A stretch of DNA of 64,000 bases, from contig CAWJSI010000002.1 of assembly GCA_963845485.1 (NCBI GenBank), positions 8,440 to 72,439 on the forward strand. The letters run 5' to 3'. Each line of letters starts with the position of its first letter. Within the stretch, counting starts at the first letter, position 1. The translations under genes were made by a program, and so were the position numbers. This DNA is from an uncultured Acidimicrobiaceae bacterium (GTDB lineage: Bacteria > Actinomycetota > Acidimicrobiia > Acidimicrobiales > RAAP-2). The notes below the pieces were generated by a model. The model was not told the DNA's origin and did no database searches. It saw nothing but the letters and a program-made list of their open reading frames with translations. Below, piece after piece: positions 18,245 to 26,494 of the stretch.

Positions 18245-19084
18245 ATGAGCGGGAGCATCCCACCCCCACCCGGCTGGTATCCCGACCCGTGGGCGCAGAA
18301 GCCCTGGCGATGGTGGGACGGGGGCCGGTGGACCGAGCACGTCGCTGATCCGAGCGCCCCGGGCTCCCCTCTCGGTGCATCCACCGCTCCGGCCCCGTGG
18401 CCTCCTTCCCCGGCCACGACCATGGGCTTCCCCGTCCCTTCGGCCGAAGTGACCCTTCACGCCGAGTCGGCCATGGCGCCGTGGGGGGAGCGGGCCTTCG
18501 CCTGGTACGTGGTCGTCGTCGCCGTGGGCCTCCTCGTGGCCTGGTCCGAAAGCTCACACTTCCGCCAGGTCTTCCACCAGCTCCGCGTCCAGGCTTCCAC
18601 CGGAGTGGCCCCGGCCGGGCTGCACTCCTCGGTCCTACGCACGGACCTGTTGGGGTTGGTGAACCTCGCTGTCGCCGCACCGTTCTACGTCGGCGTCCTC
18701 CTATGGCAGCACCGGGCGGCCACCACGGCCCGGCGGCTCGGCCTCCCCGCCGTCCACTCGGTCGGGCTCGGGGTGGGCAGCTGGTTCATCCCGGTCGTCA
18801 ATCTGTGGTTCCCGTACCAGGCTCTCCGAGACTGCCTGCCGCCCGATCACCCCGACCGCCGGACAGTGGGGCGACTTTGGACGTGCTTCATCGCCCTGAT
18901 CGTGGTGACCCCGATCGCCGACGTGTTGATGTGGGTGGGAACCCCCGTCGCCCTCGTCTTCGCGGCGGCGACCGTAGCGTTCGGGGTGGGTTTCGCCCTC
19001 TCGGGCATCCGGACCGTGCGGGCGGTGACCGCAGCCCACCAGCGGCTGGTGACGGGGACCGAGGGCGGTCCTCCCGCGGGGTAG
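18245..19084 (+). CDS. DUF2510 / DUF4328-like membrane protein
   Basis: N-terminal PPPGWYPDPWAQKPWRWWDGGRWTEHV (DUF2510-type motif), followed by four TM helices containing WFIPVVNLWFPYQALRD. Confidence 0.75.
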   Translation: MSGSIPPPPGWYPDPWAQKPWRWWDGGRWTEHVADPSAPGSPLGASTAPAPWPPSPATTMGFPVPSAEVTLHAESAMAPWGERAFAWYVVVVAVGLLVAWSESSHFRQVFHQLRVQASTGVAPAGLHSSVLRTDLLGLVNLAVAAPFYVGVLLWQHRAATTARRLGLPAVHSVGLGVGSWFIPVVNLWFPYQALRDCLPPDHPDRRTVGRLWTCFIALIVVTPIADVLMWVGTPVALVFAAATVAFGVGFALSGIRTVRAVTAAHQRLVTGTEGGPPAG

Positions 19085-19267
19085 AAGTGGAACCACTATT
19101 CCGGTTGTGCTACGGTAAGTGGAGCAGCCCCTCCGGATCAGGCGTGCGGACCTCCCAGGCGCTCCACCAGCGGCCTACTGGTTCGACACCTCACCGGAGC
19201 CCCCCGCCCCACCACAGCACCCCGGTAACGCCGTATCCGACCTCAGCCTCCGACCGACAGGACCCCC

Positions 19268-20734
19268 ATGACCAGATCTTCCGAACGGGCCAACTACAAG
19301 GTCACCTTCGTCGTCCTCCTCCTGGCCGTGATCGCCTACTCGCTGCTGCAGTCGTTGGTGGTCCCGGTGCTCCACACCTTCCAGACCGAGCTGCACACGT
19401 CACAGGGCACGGCGACCTGGCTGCTCACCGTCTTTTTGCTGTCGGCGTCCATCTTCACGCCCATCCTCGGCCGGGTGGGCGACATGGTGGGCAAAGAGCG
19501 GATGCTCGTGGTCACCCTGTTGGCCCTGGCCGCCGGCACCATCCTCGCCGGTCTGGCCAACTCCATCGGCCTGCTCATCGTGGCCCGCGCCATCCAGGGC
19601 GTGGGTGGTGCCGTGCTGCCGCTCTCGTTCGGGATCATCCGTGATGAGTTCCCGTCGACCAAGGTGGCGACGGGGGTGGGCATCGTGGCGGCCATGGCCG
19701 CTGTCGGCGGCGGTGCCGGTATCGTCCTGGCCGGGCCGATCGTCAGCCACCTCAACTACCACTGGCTGTTCTGGTTCCCGCTCATGATCTCGGCCATCGC
19801 CGCGGTGTGCGCCTTCTTCTTCGTTCCCGAGTCGCCGGTGCGGACCCCGGGCAAGATCAACTGGTGGGGAGCGGTCCTCCTCTCCGGATGGCTGGTGGCG
19901 CTGCTCATCGGCGTCAGCGAGGCACCCACCTGGGGCTGGGGCTCGCCCAAAGTGCTCGGACTCATCGGCTTGGCCGTGATCCTCGGCGTGGCGTGGGTCA
20001 TCGTGGAGTACCGCTCGAAGGAGCCGCTGGTCGACATGCGGATGATGCGGGTTCCCGCCGTGTGGACCAACAACCTGGTGGCGCTGCTCCTCGGAGTGGG
20101 GATGTACTCGGCCATCGGGTTCATCCCCGAGTTCCTCCAGACACCGAGCTCGAACGGTTACGGCTTCGGGGCCAGCATCATCCAGTCCGGCCTCTACCTC
20201 CTGCCCCTGACCGTGACCATGTTCATCGTCGGCATGCTCTCGGGGAGGATCGCCGCCGCCATCGGGTCCAAGTCGGCGGTGGTCATCGGATCGGTGTTCT
20301 CGCTGATCGGCTATCTGATCTTGGCCTTCGCCCACACCCACCCCTGGGAGATCTACACCTCGAGCGCCCTCCTCGGCATCGGGATCGGCCTGGCGTTCGC
20401 CGCCATGTCCAATCTCATCGTCCAGGCCGTGCCGGCCGCCCAGACCGGTGTGGCCAGCGGGATGAACGCCAACATCCGGACCATCGGCGGTGCCATCGGT
20501 GCGGGCATCATGTCGAGCATCGTGACGGCCACCCTGTTGCACAGCGGCTATCCGGCCGAGACCGGCTACCGGAACGGGTTCGCCTTCCTGGCCGCGGTGA
20601 CCGCCGTCGCCATCGTCGCCGGCCTCATGATCCCGACGGCCCCCAAGGTCCCGGCCGGTGAGGACCAGGACCACCACCACCACGTCGAGCACGCCGAGCT
20701 GGCCCTCGTACCCGGCGGGACGATCGCTGAATGA
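19268..20734 (+). CDS. MFS drug:H+ antiporter, DHA2 (14-TMS, EmrB/QacA-like)
   Basis: About 14 TM helices and motif A GRVGDMVGKERMLV. Co-directional with a TetR gene and overlaps it by 4 nt. Confidence 0.9.
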   Translation: MTRSSERANYKVTFVVLLLAVIAYSLLQSLVVPVLHTFQTELHTSQGTATWLLTVFLLSASIFTPILGRVGDMVGKERMLVVTLLALAAGTILAGLANSIGLLIVARAIQGVGGAVLPLSFGIIRDEFPSTKVATGVGIVAAMAAVGGGAGIVLAGPIVSHLNYHWLFWFPLMISAIAAVCAFFFVPESPVRTPGKINWWGAVLLSGWLVALLIGVSEAPTWGWGSPKVLGLIGLAVILGVAWVIVEYRSKEPLVDMRMMRVPAVWTNNLVALLLGVGMYSAIGFIPEFLQTPSSNGYGFGASIIQSGLYLLPLTVTMFIVGMLSGRIAAAIGSKSAVVIGSVFSLIGYLILAFAHTHPWEIYTSSALLGIGIGLAFAAMSNLIVQAVPAAQTGVASGMNANIRTIGGAIGAGIMSSIVTATLLHSGYPAETGYRNGFAFLAAVTAVAIVAGLMIPTAPKVPAGEDQDHHHHVEHAELALVPGGTIAE

Positions 20735-21456
20735 CGACGCCAACGACCTCGCCCACCGGCACCGCTTCGACTCGGGTCGTCCCGGACATGGGCGATCCCT
20801 TGGACCACGAGCCCACGCTCCGCCGAGACGCCGCCCGCAACCGCGACAAGATCCTGAAGGCGGCCCGGGCCATCTTCGACGAGGAAGGTGTCGACGTCGG
20901 GGTGGAGGTCATCGCCCAACGGGCCGGCGTCGGGGTGGGAACCCTCTACCGGCGCTTCCCCACCAAGGAGCTCCTCATCGAGGCGGTGGTGTCCGAAGTC
21001 CTCGACGCCGTGCTCTCGGCCGCCCGGACCGCACTGGCCAACGAGTCCCCGGCCGACGGGTTCACCGAATACCTCCGGGCCGTGGGCCAGTTGCAGTTCG
21101 AACACGCCGGCTGTCTGACCCGCCTGTGGAACGACTCCGCCGGCGAGGTGCGCGACCGGATCGAGGAAGCCGGTCGCTCCCTGCTGGTCCGGGCCCAGCA
21201 GGCCAAGGCCGTACGCGAGGACCTGGTCTACGAGGACGTGGTCGTCCTGTTCTGGTCACTCCGGGGCGTCATCGAGACCACAGCCACGGTCTCACCCGAG
21301 GCGTGGCTCCGCCACCTCGACCTGTTGGTGGCGTCGTTGGCTCCGGGCGGGGAACCGCTTCGACACGCGCCGCTCACTGCGGCTCAGGTGCAGGAGGCCA
21401 AAGAGGCCCAGGTGCAGCGCGAGACGCTCCGGACCCGGCGCGCCCCAGTCGTCTGA
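20731..21456 (+). CDS. TetR family transcriptional regulator
   Basis: HTH region NRDKILKAARAIFDEEGVDVGVEVIAQRAGVGVGTLYRRFPTKELL. ATGA overlap with the MFS gene. Confidence 0.9.
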   Translation: MTTPTTSPTGTASTRVVPDMGDPLDHEPTLRRDAARNRDKILKAARAIFDEEGVDVGVEVIAQRAGVGVGTLYRRFPTKELLIEAVVSEVLDAVLSAARTALANESPADGFTEYLRAVGQLQFEHAGCLTRLWNDSAGEVRDRIEEAGRSLLVRAQQAKAVREDLVYEDVVVLFWSLRGVIETTATVSPEAWLRHLDLLVASLAPGGEPLRHAPLTAAQVQEAKEAQVQRETLRTRRAPVV

Positions 21457-21593
21457 ACGGACGCTGCACCGGGCGGTCCCCGACTGTGCCCAGTGGTCTC
21501 ACGGGCAGTAGGGAGCGGCGGAATTGGCCATCGACTTTCGACGCCAACCGTGCCAGCATGGCGTCGTCGGGGGGCCGTATGGGGAGGTCACCG

Positions 21594-23522
21594 ATGGCGG
21601 GTTCGGACCAGGCGGTTGTTGGCGGTTACGGAACGGCGGAGCGGGCCGGCGGTACGTCACCATCGCCACGCAGGCGTGGCCCGGCGCGCACGGCAGTCTC
21701 GCTCGTGGCCACCCTGGCCCTGGTGGGAGGCATGGTGACGGCAGCGGCCCTTGTAGCCGCCAGCGGGAGCGCCGAGGCGGCAACGCCGGCCGTGGTGGCG
21801 AGCCCGACCCCGGTGAACACTATGTACGTCCTCAACTTCAACTCGTCCTCCATCTCGTCGTTCGCTCCCGGCTCCACGGGCAACGTGGCCCCCACCAGCA
21901 CGGTGTCCGGTCTGGGAACCACCTTGAACACGCCGTACTACATGGCCCTCGACCCGTCGGGGAACATCTGGGTGGCCAACTTCAACGCCAACACCGTCGT
22001 CGAGTACACGCAGGCCCAGTTGGCGGTGGGCGGAGCCCCGGCCCCCACGGTGATCCTGACCGCCACCCCGTCGTTCAGCATCGACCGACCCAGCTATCTC
22101 GCCTTCGACCGGGCCGGTGACCTGTGGGTGGCCAACCAGGACACCACCACCGGTCCTGCGGGCGGCAGCCTCGTCAAGTTCACGCCCAGCCAGCTGAGCG
22201 CCTCAGGGGCACCGGTGCCCGCCGTCACCATCACCACCAACGGTTCGAACAGCATCGCCGTCCCGTCGTCGCTGGCCTTCGACGGACGGGGCAACCTCTG
22301 GGTGGGCAACGACATCGCGGCATCGCCCAGCCCCGGCACCGTCGTCAGCTTCACCCCCGCCCAGCTCAGCACCTCGGGCAATCCGACACCCACGGTGACT
22401 TTGACCTCGACAGCCGCCAGCATCAACTCGCCCGACGCCCTGGCCTTCGACTCCTCGGGCCGGTTGTGGGTGGCCAACGATGTGTCACCGGGCAGTGTGG
22501 TGGCCTTCTCGCCCAGCCAGCTGACGGCCAACGGGGCGCCGGTGCCCACGGTCACCCTCACGTCCAACACCACCAACCTGAGCTCGCCGGACGGGCTCTC
22601 CTTTGACCGCTTCGGCAACCTGTGGGTGGCCAACTTCGGTAACAACTCCCTCACCAAGTTCTCACCGGCTCTCCTCGCCACGTCGGGAACACCCACCCCG
22701 ACCAGCACGCTGTCCGGCCTCCAGACCGGACTGAACGGTCCGGACAACGTGCTGTTCGTTCCGGCCACCGGGTACACCCTGGCCGCCTCGGACGGCGGCA
22801 TCTTCAACTACGGCGGATCCGGCTTCTTCGGCTCCACGGGGAACATCACCCTGAACAAGCCCATCGTGGGCATGGCCGAGTCGCCCGACGGCCTCGGCTA
22901 CTGGCTGGTGGCCACGGATGGGGGCATCTTCAACTTCGGTGACGCCGCCTTCTTCGGTTCGGCCGGTGGCGCACCGCTCAACAAGCCCGTCGTGGGTATG
23001 GCGGCCACTCCCGATGGTAAGGGTTACTGGCTGGTGGCCTCGGACGGGGGCATCTTCACCTACGGCGACGCCACCTACTACGGCTCGCACGGCGGCTCAC
23101 CGCTCAACCAGCCCATCGTCGGCATGGCCGCCACGCCGGACGGCAAGGGGTACTGGCTGGTCGCCACCGACGGGGGGATCTTCACCTACGGCGACGCCGG
23201 CTTCTTCGGCTCCCACGGCGGCTCACCGCTCAACAAGCCCATCGTGGCCATGGCCTCCACCGCGGACGGGGCCGGCTACTGGCTGGTGGCGTCCGACGGG
23301 GGGATCTTCACCTACGGCGACGCCGGCTTCTACGGCTCGGCCGGGGCCGTCCCCCTCAACAAGCCCATCCTCGGCATGGCCGCCACCCCGGATGGGGGTG
23401 GGTACTGGCTGGTGGCCTCCGATGGCGGCATCTTCAACTACGGGAACGCCGCATTCCTCGGCTCCCACGGCGGCTCACCGCTCAACAAGCCGATCGTGGC
23501 CATGGCCGGCCCCTACGGCTGA
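21594..23522 (+). CDS. Secreted double beta-propeller protein: NHL-like repeats plus six ~42-aa 'GYWLVASDGGIF' repeats
   Basis: ATG 21594 after GGGGAGG (alternatives 21558 and 21579). Signal-like VSLVATLALVGGMVTAAALVAASGSAEA. Then about 6 NHL-like units (P..LAFD..GNLWVAN...V..F.P.QL...G.P.PTVTLT) and six C-terminal repeats. The 300-aa N-terminal extension of ORF 20658..23522 overlaps the TetR gene and is rejected. Confidence 0.8.
   Translation: MAGSDQAVVGGYGTAERAGGTSPSPRRRGPARTAVSLVATLALVGGMVTAAALVAASGSAEAATPAVVASPTPVNTMYVLNFNSSSISSFAPGSTGNVAPTSTVSGLGTTLNTPYYMALDPSGNIWVANFNANTVVEYTQAQLAVGGAPAPTVILTATPSFSIDRPSYLAFDRAGDLWVANQDTTTGPAGGSLVKFTPSQLSASGAPVPAVTITTNGSNSIAVPSSLAFDGRGNLWVGNDIAASPSPGTVVSFTPAQLSTSGNPTPTVTLTSTAASINSPDALAFDSSGRLWVANDVSPGSVVAFSPSQLTANGAPVPTVTLTSNTTNLSSPDGLSFDRFGNLWVANFGNNSLTKFSPALLATSGTPTPTSTLSGLQTGLNGPDNVLFVPATGYTLAASDGGIFNYGGSGFFGSTGNITLNKPIVGMAESPDGLGYWLVATDGGIFNFGDAAFFGSAGGAPLNKPVVGMAATPDGKGYWLVASDGGIFTYGDATYYGSHGGSPLNQPIVGMAATPDGKGYWLVATDGGIFTYGDAGFFGSHGGSPLNKPIVAMASTADGAGYWLVASDGGIFTYGDAGFYGSAGAVPLNKPILGMAATPDGGGYWLVASDGGIFNYGNAAFLGSHGGSPLNKPIVAMAGPYG
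22782..23519 (+). repeat. In-frame tandem coding repeat, about 126 nt x 6
   Basis: Units read SDGGIF.YGDA.F.GS.GG.PLNKPIVGMAATPDG.GYWLVA. Long identical DNA stretches link units: gacggggggatcttcacctacggcgacgccggcttct occurs at about 23169 and about 23294, and gctcccacggcggctcaccgctcaacaagcc occurs at about 23210 and about 23461. Confidence 0.85.
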
Positions 23523-23554
23523 CCGGGGTCTGCGGCAGCCAGCCGGTCCGTCGG

Positions 23555-24139
23555 TCAGACGTCGGCCAGATGGCGTAGCTGGAAGGAAAGGACGATCTCC
23601 AACAGGCCGTAGATGATCAGCCAGATGCCCATGATGACGGCCAGGACGTTCAGCGTCAGGTGGGGCCAGGTCAGGGTCACGATGCCCGCGGCGAAGGCCA
23701 GCACCCCCATGCCGATCCGGAAGCCACGGGCCGGTGAGCCGTGCTCGCTGTAGGCGGTGAAGAATTCGATGATCCCGCCGACCACCCAGAACAGGCCGAT
23801 CAGGAAGGCCAGGGTGGTCACCGTCTCCTCGGTGTGACGCAGGAAGAGGATGCCGATGATCACCGACAACAGGCCGAGCACGGCCATCAGCCACCGGGTC
23901 CCACTGCTGTCCTCGTGATCGGCGATGGCCACCACGATGCGGAACAGGCCGGCCACGAACAGCCAGATGCCGAGGACGATGGCGAAGGCGTAGATGGTGT
24001 CCTTCGGCTTCAGCACGACCAGGATCCCGAGGGCCAGGGTGACGATGCCGAAGAACAGCACCCATCCCCACGACTTCCCGATGACCCGCACGATGTCCCG
24101 CTGTTCGGACGTGACGTCCACTCCCCCTGAGCTCGACAT
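23555..24139 (-). CDS. HdeD/DUF308-like membrane protein
   Basis: ATG 24139 after GGGAGG. Six short TM helices with repeated G(I/V)..I..G spacing (WGWVLFFGIVTLALGILVV...). Confidence 0.7.
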   Translation of the reverse strand: MSSSGGVDVTSEQRDIVRVIGKSWGWVLFFGIVTLALGILVVLKPKDTIYAFAIVLGIWLFVAGLFRIVVAIADHEDSSGTRWLMAVLGLLSVIIGILFLRHTEETVTTLAFLIGLFWVVGGIIEFFTAYSEHGSPARGFRIGMGVLAFAAGIVTLTWPHLTLNVLAVIMGIWLIIYGLLEIVLSFQLRHLADV

Positions 24140-24273
24140 GACTACCTCCCGTCGATGGGCGGCTCCCCGATCGGGCATCCGCCATTCACTGCGAGGTTAG
24201 GCCCGTCACCAGGCGAGATGGCGGACAGTGGGCCATCGGCGTGTGGTTCGGGCGGGTGCGTGAGGTCGAGCGC

Positions 24274-25179
24274 TCAGACCGGGGCGATGCCGGCCCGGTC
24301 GACCAACTCCTCGCTGATCGACCAGAGCAGGGCGGCGGCCGCGGGGTCCCGGGCGGCCTCGGAGGGCAGACGCGGGCGACACTTCACGAAGTACTGGCCG
24401 GTGACCTCGGCGACTTCGGGGGACGTGGCGAGGTACACCGAGGTGCGGGCGCCCTTCTCCGGGGTGAGGATGAACGGCTTGATGACCTTGACGCCGAAGG
24501 CCAGGAACCCCGAGGCATCGTCGTCCCGGGCGAACCCGCTGGCCACCGTGCCCGGATGGAGCGAGTTGGCCGTGACACCGGTGCCGGCCAGCCGCTCGGC
24601 CAACTCCACCGTGAACAGGATGTTGGCCAGTTTGGATCGGCTGTAGGCATCCATCCCCCGGTAGTGCCGGGTGGACTGGAGGTCGTCGAAGTCGAGCCCC
24701 TTCCTCGCCCCGCGGTGGGCGATCGAGGCCACGTTGACCACCCGGGACGGGGCCGAGGCCACCAGTCGCTCGGTCAGCAGCTGGGTGAGCAGGAAGGGTC
24801 CGAGGTGGTTGATCCCGAAGGTGGCCTCGTAGCCGTCCACCGTCTCGTGCCGCTCGGACTGAACCAGTCCGGCGTTGTTCACGAGGACGTCGATCCGCCG
24901 GCACCGTCCGAGGATCTCGTCGGCTCCACGACGGACCGACGCCAGGTCGCCGAGATCGAAGACCACGAGGTGCACCCGATCGGATGCGCTCTCCTGGCGG
25001 ATCTCGGCCATGGCCCGACGACCCCGTTCCTCGCTACGGGCGGTGATCACCGTGTCCGCCCCGGCTCCGGCCAGGGCCACGGCGGTCGCCCGGCCGACCC
25101 CGGAGTTCGCCCCGGTGACGACGACGGTCCGACCCTCCATGGACGGCGGGCGGGCCATGGTGCCGGGGGTCATGGCCAA
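24274..25179 (-). CDS. SDR family oxidoreductase (retinol-dehydrogenase-like)
   Basis: VVVTGANSGVGRA, NNAG and YSRSKLANIL (YxxxK). Confidence 0.9.
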   Translation of the reverse strand: MAMTPGTMARPPSMEGRTVVVTGANSGVGRATAVALAGAGADTVITARSEERGRRAMAEIRQESASDRVHLVVFDLGDLASVRRGADEILGRCRRIDVLVNNAGLVQSERHETVDGYEATFGINHLGPFLLTQLLTERLVASAPSRVVNVASIAHRGARKGLDFDDLQSTRHYRGMDAYSRSKLANILFTVELAERLAGTGVTANSLHPGTVASGFARDDDASGFLAFGVKVIKPFILTPEKGARTSVYLATSPEVAEVTGQYFVKCRPRLPSEAARDPAAAALLWSISEELVDRAGIAPV

Positions 25180-25237
25180 AGATTACGGGTGGCCGGTGGC
25201 CCCGGGGCCGACCCTCGGCCCATCTCCCGGTTGACAG

Positions 25238-25256
25238 CAATGTTCGGCTTACCTAA
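25238..25256. promoter_or_regulatory. IdeR/DtxR-like iron box overlapping a putative promoter
   Basis: The reverse complement TTAGGTAAGCCGAACATTG matches the remembered IdeR consensus TTAGGTTAGGCTAACCTAA at 13/19 positions (left half 8/9). It sits between TTGACA (25231-25236) and TAATCT (25254-25259), about 105 nt upstream of the Fe(III)-type ABC binding protein gene. Confidence 0.4.
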
Positions 25257-25363
25257 TCTTTTTTCTGACGAGTACCTTATTCAGGAGGAAACCGGGGAGA
25301 CACGGCGACCCACTCCCTGGTTCCCAGCGGTCCGACAGGACTGAGGAACCGAGGCAGGAGACG

Positions 25364-26479
25364 ATGGAGACGACAGCAGGCAACAGAGCACCAGGGACGC
25401 CGCCCCAGGACCGATCCGCGCGGCGTCGGGGGACGGTGGCCCGGCGACGGTCGGCGCTCGTCGGGTCGGCGGTCCTCGCCCTCGCCCTCGTGGCCAGCGC
25501 GTGCGGCTCGTCCTCGGCCTCGGGATCGTCGTCCGGCTCGGGGACCACCATTACCCTCTACAGCGGCCAGCACGAGGAGACCACCCTCGCCCTCGTCAAG
25601 GCGTTCGAGAAGAAGACCGGCATCAACGTCAAGATCCGCAACGACGACGAGGACGTGCTGGCCAACCAGATCCTGACGGAGGGATCGGCCTCCCCGGCCG
25701 ATGTCTTCTACACCGAGAACTCCCCACCGCTCGAGCTGCTCCAAGAGAAGGGCCGCCTCACATCGGTCCTCCCCTCCACCCTGGCCAAGGTGCCGGCCAA
25801 GTACAGCTCGCCCGAGGGCAAGTGGGTCGGGGTCTCGGCCCGGGTCAACGTGATGGACTACAACACGAACTCCCTCACCAAGGCCGAGCTCCCCACCTCG
25901 ATCATGGACCTGGCCGACCCCAAGTGGAAGGGCAAGATCGGCCTGGCCCAGGGAGAGTCGGACTTCTTCCCCATCGTCGTCTCCATCCAGAAGACCTACG
26001 GGACCAAGGCCGCGTCGGACTGGCTGACCGCCGTCAAGGCCAACGCCGGGAGCAACCTCTACCCCGACAACGAGACGCTGGCCAACGAGATCAACCTCGG
26101 CCACGTCGAGCTGGGTGTCCTCAACCACTACTACTGGTACCGGGAACAGGCCGAGCAGGGGGCGGCCAACACCCACTCGGCCATCGCCACCTTCGCGGCC
26201 GGTGACGCCGGCTACATCGTCGACGTCTCGGGTGCCGGCATCATCGACACCAGCGACCACAAGTCGGCCGACCAGCAGTTCCTCGCCTTCCTCGTCTCCG
26301 AACAGGGCGAGGAGATCCTGGCCCACAGCGACAGCTTCGAGTACCCGCTGGGCTCGGGGGTCACCACGGCCAAGTCACTCATTCCCTTCGACTCCCTCCA
26401 GCCCGCGCCGCTGACCGTGGCCGAGCTGGGTGACGGATCGTCAGCCACCGCACTCCTCCAGCAGGCCGGCCTCGAGTAG
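25364..26479 (+). CDS. ABC transporter substrate-binding lipoprotein, Fe(III)-type (FbpA/AfuA-like)
   Basis: ATG after GGCAGGAG. Arg-rich N-region and lipobox-like LVASAC. ITLYSGQHEETTLALVKAFEKKTGINV...ADVFYTENSP is typical of family-1 iron-binding proteins. Confidence 0.85.
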   Translation: METTAGNRAPGTPPQDRSARRRGTVARRRSALVGSAVLALALVASACGSSSASGSSSGSGTTITLYSGQHEETTLALVKAFEKKTGINVKIRNDDEDVLANQILTEGSASPADVFYTENSPPLELLQEKGRLTSVLPSTLAKVPAKYSSPEGKWVGVSARVNVMDYNTNSLTKAELPTSIMDLADPKWKGKIGLAQGESDFFPIVVSIQKTYGTKAASDWLTAVKANAGSNLYPDNETLANEINLGHVELGVLNHYYWYREQAEQGAANTHSAIATFAAGDAGYIVDVSGAGIIDTSDHKSADQQFLAFLVSEQGEEILAHSDSFEYPLGSGVTTAKSLIPFDSLQPAPLTVAELGDGSSATALLQQAGLE

Positions 26480-26494
26480 TCGGCCGGGGGGACC

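Noticed and set aside
19400-20743. Long antisense or alternative-frame ORFs over transporter and enzyme genes. Other examples: 25277..26326, 26441..27565, 32223..33566, 35687..37192, 46390..47667 and 62951..63826.
   Set aside because: Each lies opposite, or out of frame with, a gene carrying unambiguous family motifs. All have the Arg/Gly/Pro/His-rich composition typical of GC-rich shadow frames.
20658-21593. N-terminal 312 codons of the 954-aa ORF 20658..23522.
   Set aside because: They overlap the 3' end of the MFS gene and the entire TetR gene in another frame and are Arg/Pro/Gly-rich. A signal peptide and an SD-preceded ATG occur at 21594.
22782-23519. Regular ~126-nt DNA periodicity that could be mistaken for a CRISPR or satellite array.
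   Set aside because: The units are contiguous with no unique spacers, stay in one open frame, and encode a conserved protein repeat.
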